From positions 9,110 through 73,109 of the IMG/VR virus record IMGVR_UViG_3300028830_000319: a stretch of 64,000 nt of DNA; one strand, given 5' to 3'. Position numbers and translations under genes: made by a program. The stretch comes from a virus. This document shows, piece after piece, positions 38,754 to 46,015 of the stretch. A model generated the notes under the pieces. That model was not told the DNA's origin and did not search any database. It saw nothing but the letters and a program-made list of their open reading frames with translations. Positions within the stretch are counted from its first letter, which is position 1; each line of letters begins with the position of its first letter.

Positions 38754-39863
38754 ATGAAAGTGACCTGTAAACGCGAGCCATTGCTGGCCGCATTTCACGC
38801 AGCCGCGGCCGTAGTGCCACATCGCAGCAGCAAGCCCGTGCTTCTCAGCGTCAAGCTGGAAGTCTCAGACGACAAAGCCGTGATGATGGCCACGGACATG
38901 GAACTCAGTATCCGCATTGAAGTCGATGGCGTTGATTGCCACGGTCACGGCGCGGCGCTGCTATCGTCTGCTCGGTTTGGCGCCATTTTGCGCGAAAGCA
39001 GCGACGAGATGCTGACCATTGAAACCGGCAAAAAGGGCGGCATCGTGATCTGCGGCGAACGCAGCGAGTTCAAGCTTCCCAGCGAGGATCCGCAAGACTA
39101 TCCCACCGTACCTGAGTTTCCCGAGAAGAAGGCGCTGACTGTGCCTGCTCGACGGCTGCGTGAAGTGATCCGCCGCACGCTCTTTGCGACGGACACCGAG
39201 AGCAGTCGCTACGCTCTGGGCGGAATCCTCTTGGAATGCGACAAGGGGGCGCTGATTGGAGTCGGCACCGATGGCCGGCGCTTGGCAAAGATGACCGTGC
39301 CGGCAACCGGCGAAGTAACTGAAGAGCCGATCCTTGGCATCGTTCCGGCGAAGGCCATGCAATTGATTGGCAGGGCATTGGCCGACGATGATGCCGACGT
39401 TCAATTGACAGCGACACTGAACAGCGTCTTATTGCACAGCCCCAAGGTCACCATCTCATCTCGCTTGGTCGAAGGTCGATTTCCAAAATGGCGGGACGTC
39501 TTTCCTAAGCGTCAGGCCATAACGATCGACCTGGCAATCGGTCCGTTTCATGCCGCCATTCGGCAGGCCGCGATTGTCACCAGCGAGGAAAGCCGCGGCA
39601 TCGACTTCAAGTTCGGCGGCGGTGTCCTGCTTCTCGCGGGCCAAGCGCCCGAGCTAGGACAGGCTCGCGTCGAACTGCCGATCGTCTACGACGGTCCGCC
39701 TCTGTCAATCTCGCTCGATCCTCGTTACCTGGCAGATTTTCTCAAGGTACTGGATCCGCAAAAGATGGTGGCCTTGGAATTGAAAGACTCAGACAGCGCC
39801 GCGGTGCTGACGACGGATGACGGGTACGGCTATGTCGTGATGCCGCTGGCCCGTGACAAATGA
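38754..39863 (+). CDS. dnaN: DNA polymerase III beta sliding clamp (phage-borne)
   Basis: ATDME, SRYALGG, GTDGRRL, RLVEGRFPKWRDV, YVVMP; 369 aa. Confidence 0.95.
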   Translation: MKVTCKREPLLAAFHAAAAVVPHRSSKPVLLSVKLEVSDDKAVMMATDMELSIRIEVDGVDCHGHGAALLSSARFGAILRESSDEMLTIETGKKGGIVICGERSEFKLPSEDPQDYPTVPEFPEKKALTVPARRLREVIRRTLFATDTESSRYALGGILLECDKGALIGVGTDGRRLAKMTVPATGEVTEEPILGIVPAKAMQLIGRALADDDADVQLTATLNSVLLHSPKVTISSRLVEGRFPKWRDVFPKRQAITIDLAIGPFHAAIRQAAIVTSEESRGIDFKFGGGVLLLAGQAPELGQARVELPIVYDGPPLSISLDPRYLADFLKVLDPQKMVALELKDSDSAAVLTTDDGYGYVVMPLARDK

Positions 39864-39904
39864 TTCGAGAAGTAGTTGTAACTCTAACCGGAAGGAATCC
39901 TGCC

Positions 39905-40279
39905 ATGCGAAAGCTGACCGAACACAAACTGAGTGGTCTCAATGAAGCGCTCAACATCACAGTGCTGGATCGTCGCGGCCCGGGGAATGCCAATCATCTT
40001 TACGAGATCGGCTGGGGGGATAACGAACATCTGGGTGAGCATAACCCCACCGTGATCAAGTTCCAGGAGGGTCCGATTCAAGAGGTCGGCGTCAACGGCA
40101 TCTCGAATGAAGCTTTGTTGGCGATCGTGTCGGATCGCTTGAACGGTTTTCAGGCCGGTGAGTTCGCCACTCCAGAGAACGAGATGGCATGGCGCCACGT
40201 CCAGGCGGCGATCCACTGGCTGCATCATCGCACGCGCGAGCGCTTGGCCCGAGGCGTCGAGGGGACCAGTCAGAAGTAG
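39905..40279 (+). CDS. tad1: Tad1-family nucleotide-signal sponge (anti-Thoeris/anti-CBASS)
   Basis: GPGNANHLY...IKFQEGP...GISNEALLAIVSDRLNGFQAGEFATPENEMA...HWLHHRTRERLARGVEGT follows Tad1 along its length as recalled. Confidence 0.85.
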   Translation: MRKLTEHKLSGLNEALNITVLDRRGPGNANHLYEIGWGDNEHLGEHNPTVIKFQEGPIQEVGVNGISNEALLAIVSDRLNGFQAGEFATPENEMAWRHVQAAIHWLHHRTRERLARGVEGTSQK

Positions 40280-40313
40280 TCAGTCCCAGAAATCGATCGA
40301 TGGAGCGCGGATC

Positions 40314-40547
40314 ATGCGGGTCAACAAGAGGTACTACGCCGTAAAGTTCGCCAACGGCACCTTTGCCGAGGTTATTCAGTCGCCGAACGTGCCGCGGCTA
40401 TTTGTGGGGCGATACGAGGCCGTTGAATGGATCAATAAGAACCGATCGAACTTCCTGCCCCAGGCCAGGCCCCGGGCGGTTCCGATTCAGTTATGCGAAC
40501 TCGTTATCCGTGCCTCTAAGAAGAAACGACCACACCATGCAACCTAA
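40314..40547 (+). CDS. Hypothetical basic protein
   Basis: RBS GGAG, 77 aa. Confidence 0.5.
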   Translation: MRVNKRYYAVKFANGTFAEVIQSPNVPRLFVGRYEAVEWINKNRSNFLPQARPRAVPIQLCELVIRASKKKRPHHAT

Positions 40548-40863
40548 AAACAGTATCGGCAAAGAGCAGGCGATCGCCCTGCATGATTCGGAGTTTTGGA
40601 AAGACATGACGTATCGGCAGCGGGCAGAGTTTCAATTGAACACTGTTGAGATGTGCATGCCTTTCGGCGTGTTTTTGGAGGCGGTTAGAGAAGCCCTAGG
40701 TCGGCCAGTGTTCGATTTCGAATTAGTCAAAAACTATGACGGCCTGATTGCTGAACTTCATGGTGTTGGCGGGCCACCGACATTGCAGCAGGTCATTGAA
40801 ATGATTCCGGCGGAAAAGCGGATCGTGATGTTTATGAAGCCGGTTGATCCGCGACGCAACTAA
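40537..40863 (+). CDS. Conserved phage protein
   Basis: AIALHDSEFW...MPFGVFLEAVREALGRPVF. Confidence 0.6.
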   Translation: MQPKNSIGKEQAIALHDSEFWKDMTYRQRAEFQLNTVEMCMPFGVFLEAVREALGRPVFDFELVKNYDGLIAELHGVGGPPTLQQVIEMIPAEKRIVMFMKPVDPRRN

Positions 40864-40909
40864 CCCCGCCACCGTCCGCGTGGCAATAACTGATGAAGGA
40901 GAGAACGAC

Positions 40910-41272
40910 ATGGCATCTACGTCACAACTTTCGTTCGGTGAATTACGCTCTGCGAACCTCCGCAGGCTACCGGAATTCAAAAACTCCCAAGGCGCAACAG
41001 CACACACGAAAAAAGATGGATCTGACTGGTCTCCGTCGCAATGGTTTCAGGCGATGGCCGGCGAAGTCGGTGAATACGCGAACATCCGAAAAAAGTTTGA
41101 GCGCGGCGACATCGACTTACAGGAGTTCCATCGTTTGGCGCGACGCGAGCTGGCTGACATCGCGACATATCTTGACCTTCTCGCGTTTCAGATCGGCGTT
41201 GATCTTGGAGAGGCCGTTGTCGAGAAGTTCAACGAAGTGAGCGACCGCGTCGGTAGCTCCGTAAAACTTTAG
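40910..41272 (+). CDS. MazG-like nucleotide pyrophosphohydrolase
   Basis: GEVGEYANIRKK...ELADIATYLDLLA...LGEAVVEKFN. Confidence 0.85.
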   Translation: MASTSQLSFGELRSANLRRLPEFKNSQGATAHTKKDGSDWSPSQWFQAMAGEVGEYANIRKKFERGDIDLQEFHRLARRELADIATYLDLLAFQIGVDLGEAVVEKFNEVSDRVGSSVKL

Positions 41273-41336
41273 ACCAGCAATCCCACCACTTGTAGACCGA
41301 GGCCTGGGGGAATATCCAAACAAAGGAGAAAACGAC

Positions 41337-41660
41337 ATGGCACGATTTAGAACAAAGCCCTGCGAGATTGGGGCAATCACGTTTGATGAGCTTGTCCAGT
41401 ATGGGCGAGACCACGGAGCGAACATTGTCAACGGGATGCCGTGGTCATTCGATTACGCCACCGTCCACGTTGATGACAAAGGAAATGCTAACCACCACAT
41501 TTGGTCGATCACGCACGAGAACGACGATTGCTACCTGATACCGACGCTAGAAGGCATCATGAAGATGGGCCGTGACGACCTGCTTATCACTGGTCTGAAA
41601 GGAGAGATTTACCCCTGCAAGCGCGAAATCTTTTCCATGAAATACGAGGCCGTGAACTAA
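41337..41660 (+). CDS. Conserved phage protein (KPxxIxA...IPTLEG...GxKGEIYPCK family)
   Basis: Motif recognition; function uncertain. Confidence 0.75.
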   Translation: MARFRTKPCEIGAITFDELVQYGRDHGANIVNGMPWSFDYATVHVDDKGNANHHIWSITHENDDCYLIPTLEGIMKMGRDDLLITGLKGEIYPCKREIFSMKYEAVN

Positions 41661-41720
41661 CCCCGCAACCCCGCCCCGCGTGAACCGAGGCGGGTGAAAT
41701 GGCACGAAGGAGAAAACTAC

Positions 41721-42026
41721 ATGGCACGATTTAAGCGAGTCACGAATTTTTACGACTGCAATGATCCTGGCGACGGCTTGTGGTCTGGTACTGCCAGCAA
41801 TCCTGATGGGCCAACTGCATATCTAACTTTTCGATGCCCATGTGGATGCGGCATTCGTGCTGGGATTCGCGTCGCAAGAGACCCGGCTGCACCAGAAAAG
41901 GAACCGTGGTCGTGGAACGGCGACCTTGAAAAACCAACAACAACACCGAGCATCAGAATCTTTGACGTAGACGGCAAAGAACATTGGCACGGCTACCTTA
42001 CGGATGGCGTTTTTAAAAGCTGTTAA
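41721..42026 (+). CDS. DUF6527-like metal-binding protein
   Basis: CPCGCG, WSWNGDLEKPTTTPSI, HWHGYLTDG. Confidence 0.75.
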   Translation: MARFKRVTNFYDCNDPGDGLWSGTASNPDGPTAYLTFRCPCGCGIRAGIRVARDPAAPEKEPWSWNGDLEKPTTTPSIRIFDVDGKEHWHGYLTDGVFKSC

Positions 42027-42044
42027 TCGAATAAAGGACTAAGT

Positions 42045-42245
42045 ATGGCCTGCAAGGTGCGATGCATCATCAGTATCTGGTCGGGTGCAACAAGGCACGG
42101 ATGGTCGATTAGGGCGCGGAATATCAATGGCCGTTGTCTCGCGATTTGCATTCCGCCAGGAGGGAGAGATTACGCTAGTCGCCGTGGTGCAATTCGTGCC
42201 GCCCGCAAGGTCGTCCAGGAAATGGGATGGAAGTGCGTGCATTAA
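42045..42245 (+). CDS. Hypothetical basic protein
   Basis: RBS AAGGA; stop is the start of a spacer repeat. Confidence 0.45.
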   Translation: MACKVRCIISIWSGATRHGWSIRARNINGRCLAICIPPGGRDYASRRGAIRAARKVVQEMGWKCVH

Positions 42246-42287
42246 CAGCAACCCACAACGCCCGGCGAACCGGGGGAGGGAGAGGCG

Positions 42288-42455
42288 ATGGCCATCACGC
42301 CGAAGGAACGCGACCAGCTTGCAGAGTTGAATCGAGCTATCGAATTGGCCAAGCAGGACATCTGTCCAAAGTGTGGCGGCGAATTAGATACCGGCTGGGA
42401 ATGCAATAAGTGCGGCTTCGATGCGATGGTGCTGGTCAATCCTAGAGATAACTGA
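42288..42455 (+). CDS. Small Zn-ribbon protein (55 aa; not in the ORF track)
   Basis: CPKCGGELDTGWECNKCG; RBS GGAGGGAG. Confidence 0.65.
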   Translation: MAITPKERDQLAELNRAIELAKQDICPKCGGELDTGWECNKCGFDAMVLVNPRDN

Positions 42456-42481
42456 CGCCCGACGAACCGGAAGGGGAAAGC

Positions 42482-42739
42482 ATGGCAAGCCCAGCAGAAA
42501 AAATAGCCGCCAAGAAAAAGCCACGATCTCTCAAGGCTGCGAGGTCTACCGTCCATCGGTGTGAGATTCGCAAGCTGCGGCATGGCCTTCGGCTGACGAT
42601 CAAGGACATCGCGGACCATACCGGTCTGTCGTGCGCCGGATTGCATGCGATCGAAAACGGTGCCGAAGTCACGCTGTCGTCTATGCGGAAGATACAGAAG
42701 TTCTTTGAATTGCCGCTGGATCAAATCTGGCCGCAGTAG
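42482..42739 (+). CDS. XRE-family HTH protein
   Basis: LTIKDIADHTGLSCAGLHAIENG. Confidence 0.85.
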   Translation: MASPAEKIAAKKKPRSLKAARSTVHRCEIRKLRHGLRLTIKDIADHTGLSCAGLHAIENGAEVTLSSMRKIQKFFELPLDQIWPQ

Positions 42740-42749
42740 GAGCTACAAA

Positions 42750-43028
42750 ATGTCCGTCACAACGATCAACATGCAGTCGCATCCGGCCACCTGCTTTGGC
42801 TGTGGCGGAGATGCGACTGGCCTGAATCACGGAATCCCCGTGTATGAGGACTTGGTATTGCACAACGACTATCAAGGCGAATTGGGCGGCGCTCCGGCCT
42901 GTCAGGATTGCTTTGACGTGCAATCGAAGATGGCCAAGCCGATGACGCGAGCTGCGTTCCTGCGTGACGTTCGCTGGCATCGCAAGCGGAAACGAGTGGA
43001 ACACGTCAACAACATCTGGAACGGATAA
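42750..43028 (+). CDS. Cys-containing hypothetical protein
   Basis: CFGC...CQDC; RBS AGGAG. Confidence 0.55.
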   Translation: MSVTTINMQSHPATCFGCGGDATGLNHGIPVYEDLVLHNDYQGELGGAPACQDCFDVQSKMAKPMTRAAFLRDVRWHRKRKRVEHVNNIWNG

Positions 43029-43070
43029 CAGCAAACCCACAACGCCCGGCGAACCTGGAAGGGAGAGACG

Positions 43071-43421
43071 ATGCTATCTGAAGAAGATCGCATAAGGATG
43101 AAGCGGATACTCAGCGACAACCGAGGTCCTGGCATCCACGTGAGAAAGCGTGACATTTATTGGCTGTTGAATCGTCTTGAACAGTGCTCGCACTCAATCG
43201 CGTCGGCCAATTGTGGGTTTGCGCCATTGGATGATCTTGTGAATGCCGGTTGGGTCGTGCGAGTCCAGCAATCATCTATCGGCGGTATTTTTAGCTGTGT
43301 TGCCGAGAATAATTCGGCATTTTACCCAAGGTGGGCGCGACTTGAGCAATCCGGGCCTACAGCGTCTATGGCCGTGGAGCTGGCAAGCCAAAAAGCAAAA
43401 GACTTCGTTCTTGATAAATAA
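43071..43421 (+). CDS. Hypothetical protein
   Basis: Flanked by spacer repeats. Confidence 0.55.
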   Translation: MLSEEDRIRMKRILSDNRGPGIHVRKRDIYWLLNRLEQCSHSIASANCGFAPLDDLVNAGWVVRVQQSSIGGIFSCVAENNSAFYPRWARLEQSGPTASMAVELASQKAKDFVLDK

Positions 43422-43532
43422 CTTGATCAACGCCCGGCGAACCGCTTTTTGCACTCAACTCCAAGAGCAATTGAGGCTCTTGCACCAAAATGCCGTCCTA
43501 GTGCAATTACCCCGCGACCCTGAAAGGAATGG

Positions 43533-43760
43533 ATGATGGACGACGAACGGTTTATCTCCGAGCAAGAGCGGGTCTTGATCGAAAAGCTGTATCGCTGCCG
43601 ATTCGCGCCGGGCGGATACGACAAGCGGTTCGTGCGAGACATGCACGCCAAGCAGGGCAAAGGATCGCTAACCGAAAAGCAGCGTGGCTACCTGTCGCGA
43701 CTGGCGGTTCGGTATCGCAAGCAGTTGCAAGAATTACGCGACTTCAAAGATTGCCGCTGA
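43533..43760 (+). CDS. Hypothetical protein
   Basis: LTEKQRGYL...RYRKQL. Confidence 0.6.
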   Translation: MMDDERFISEQERVLIEKLYRCRFAPGGYDKRFVRDMHAKQGKGSLTEKQRGYLSRLAVRYRKQLQELRDFKDCR

Positions 43761-43790
43761 CGACTCGCGCTCATAGCGGCGGCCCATGAA

Positions 43791-44072
43791 ATGGAGGATG
43801 GATTAATGTTGACGCGACAGATCATCGAATGGAGAGATCCGAGAAATTCGGTCCCGCCGCCGGTTGGTCTCGTTTGCTTGATGGTCGTGTCGCTCGGAAG
43901 GCCATTCGACCAGCCGCACGAGTGCGTTATCGCTGCACTTGGGAAAAGCGGGGCGATCTATTTGGCTGGAAAAGATTATCCGTCTCACTACGAATGGGGC
44001 GACGTTCTGCGCTGGGTGCCATGCCGTGACTTACTGGCAGAAATTGGGCCACCTGGCGAACCATTTCGTTGA
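43791..44072 (+). CDS. Hypothetical protein
   Basis: IEWRDP...PP...VLRW. Confidence 0.55.
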   Translation: MEDGLMLTRQIIEWRDPRNSVPPPVGLVCLMVVSLGRPFDQPHECVIAALGKSGAIYLAGKDYPSHYEWGDVLRWVPCRDLLAEIGPPGEPFR

Positions 44073-44094
44073 CCTCAACAAAATGGTCGAACAC

Positions 44095-44240
44095 GACAGG
44101 CGCGGCGTGGACAGTGACACGCACCGGCCGCCAAAGCCGGGCACAGCCAGCGGGAAAAATGGACCGACTTAGAGGGCCGGGGACGCCCGGACTGAACTGA
44201 GGCTGTGCAAGAGTAGCAGGTGCAATTCCTGCCGCCTGAC
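44095..44240 (+). ncRNA. tRNA-like cloverleaf RNA (CCA at the anticodon position) with a 75-nt structured variable region
   Basis: Acceptor CAGGCG/CGCCTG; D-arm GCGT(G)/(C)ACGC; CCGGC-CGCCAAA-GCCGG; GCACAGCC/GGCTGTGC closing stem; T-arm GCAGG-TGCAATT-CCTGC. Confidence 0.7.
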
Positions 44241-44257
44241 TTTTTAAGGAGCTTGTT

Positions 44258-44764
44258 ATGAAACCTGTCGAAATCATCCCGATCCCCGAGCCTGTCTTGC
44301 GGGCCGCGCTCGAGTCGGTCGACCCGGGCAACGTGCTGTTGGCTTCGGACATCGATTGGGACCTCAAGTCGCCCTGTAACGATTGCCCGTTTTTGCGCAC
44401 GTCGCCGTTCCACGAGGGCGTTGCCGCTCATCTGCCGGACTATGCCGAGGCGATCGCGGATCACACTTTCGCCCATACCTGTCACAAGACCGACCGCCGG
44501 CCGAAGTGCGACGGGCCGCGCAACTGGGACGGACGGACTAAGGCCTGCGCGGGCGCCGTGATGATGCTGCTCAAGACCGGCAATGGCGTTGATCTGCAAA
44601 TACCCCTGCTCAATGCAATGCAAGCCGGCAAGCTGGACGCCGCGGACATGACCCGCCGGGCCAAGGCCGACAAACGTGTTTTCAAGTTTCGAGAAATGCT
44701 GCTGTTCTACGCGAAAGAAATGACCCGCCAGTTGGGCAAACGCCGGAAGGCAAGGAAGCGTTAG
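44258..44764 (+). CDS. Cys/His-rich conserved phage protein
   Basis: SPCNDCPF...HTCHKT...ACAG; RBS AAGGAG. Confidence 0.65.
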   Translation: MKPVEIIPIPEPVLRAALESVDPGNVLLASDIDWDLKSPCNDCPFLRTSPFHEGVAAHLPDYAEAIADHTFAHTCHKTDRRPKCDGPRNWDGRTKACAGAVMMLLKTGNGVDLQIPLLNAMQAGKLDAADMTRRAKADKRVFKFREMLLFYAKEMTRQLGKRRKARKR

Positions 44765-46015
44765 ATGATCCAAAAAGACCCCAAGTTCAAATTCGCCGAT
44801 CTGTTCTGTGGCGCTGGCGGTTTTACCAGCGGCGCGGAGAAGTCCGGCTATGCCCGCGGCGTGGTGGCCATAAATCATTGGCGGCCGGCCGTGGCCACCC
44901 ATCGAGAGAATCATCCTCACGTGCGGCATGTGTGCGCTTCAGTGGATCATGTCAATCCGAGCGACTTCGACGACTTTGGTATCAACATGGTTCTTGCCAG
45001 CCCTGAATGCGTCGGGCATTCGATTGCCCGCGGCGGACGGCCAATTTTGGATCAACGCCGCGCGACCGCGTGGTGCGTCGTGCGCTGGGCAGAAGCCAAT
45101 CGACCGAAATGGATCGTGATCGAGAACGTCAAGGAATTCGAGGCATGGGGGCCGGTCGATCGGAATGGCCGCAAGATCAAAGAGCGGGAGGGAGAAATAT
45201 TTCAAGCATGGATCCAGGCGTTGCGGGCGTGCGGCTACCACGTCGAGTGGCAAAAGCTGAACGCTGCGAACTTTGGCGAAGCTCAGAGCCGTATCAGACT
45301 GTTCGTGATTGCACGCCGTGGGAAGACGACAAAGCCCATCAACTGGCCGCGACCATCGCACTTGCCGAGCGAATGGGTTGCAGCCGCCACGATCATCGAT
45401 TGGTCACTGCCGTTGCCTTCGATCTTCGGCCGTAAACGGCCGCTGGTGTCCAACTCGATCGACCGCATCGTATATGGCGTGCGCAAATTCTGCCGGCCTG
45501 AATGGGTAGAACCTTTCCTTGTGAAGCTGCGTGGCACGGGCAAAGCGAATTCGATTCACAAACCTGCCCCAACGATCACGGCTGGTGGAAATCATCTTGG
45601 TTTGTGCGTTCCCTTCATCGTTCCCAACTTCGGCGAGCGCGATGGACAAATACCAAGAACGCATGACGTCATGGCGCCATTCCCCACCGTGACGCCACGC
45701 GGCGCGGGCCATCTATGCGTTCCGTTCATCACGAAATACTACGGCACTGGCAAGGCCCGATCGGTCCTCGAGCCGTTGGACACTGTGACCACGCGAGACC
45801 GCTATGGCCTGGCGCTGGTCCGCGCCATGGATGATCTCGGGATATTCGACATCGGCTATCGCATGTTTTCCGTGCGAGAACTGGCGGCGGCCCAGGGGTT
45901 TGAGGCGGACTATTACCTGCACGGCACGGAGACCGAGCAGAAAAAGCAGATCGGCAATGCAGTCTCTCAGAAGACCGCCACGGCCATCATCAAAGCACTT
46001 GCGGAGGACAATTGA
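44765..46015 (+). CDS. DNA cytosine-5 methyltransferase
   Basis: DLFCGAGG, ASPEC, ENVKEF, QSRIRLF, QIGNAV. Confidence 0.92.
   Translation: MIQKDPKFKFADLFCGAGGFTSGAEKSGYARGVVAINHWRPAVATHRENHPHVRHVCASVDHVNPSDFDDFGINMVLASPECVGHSIARGGRPILDQRRATAWCVVRWAEANRPKWIVIENVKEFEAWGPVDRNGRKIKEREGEIFQAWIQALRACGYHVEWQKLNAANFGEAQSRIRLFVIARRGKTTKPINWPRPSHLPSEWVAAATIIDWSLPLPSIFGRKRPLVSNSIDRIVYGVRKFCRPEWVEPFLVKLRGTGKANSIHKPAPTITAGGNHLGLCVPFIVPNFGERDGQIPRTHDVMAPFPTVTPRGAGHLCVPFITKYYGTGKARSVLEPLDTVTTRDRYGLALVRAMDDLGIFDIGYRMFSVRELAAAQGFEADYYLHGTETEQKKQIGNAVSQKTATAIIKALAEDN

Larger units (their letters stand above)
40861..41733 (+). repeat. Spacer repeat family 1: TAACCCCGC...CCGCGTG and AAGGAGAAAACGACATGGCA(CGATTTA)
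   Basis: Copies at 40861-40915, 41323-41349 and 41658-41733; 41323-41349 and 41707-41733 match at 26 of 27 nt. Confidence 0.8.
42243..43445 (+). repeat. Spacer repeat family 2: TAAC...ACGCCCG(G/A)CGAACC...GGG(A/G)...ATG
   Basis: Copies at 42243-42290, 42449-42484, 43026-43073 and 43419-43445. Confidence 0.85.

Noticed and set aside
41337-41660. Tad2 (DUF2829) or Acb2 assignment
   Set aside because: Lacks the R.GWNGK...W.ASQTD.LA.DW pattern of DUF2829 and is not helical like Acb2
40861-43445. Repeats considered as a CRISPR array or integron attC sites
   Set aside because: Spacing is gene-length and irregular, the repeats contain RBS/ATG, and there are no cas genes, integrase or attC-like inverted cores
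44095-44240. Ordinary tRNA-Trp, tRNA-Sec or tmRNA
   Set aside because: 75-nt variable region, G33 and G55, no CCA; anticodon is not UCA; no tag reading frame and too short for tmRNA
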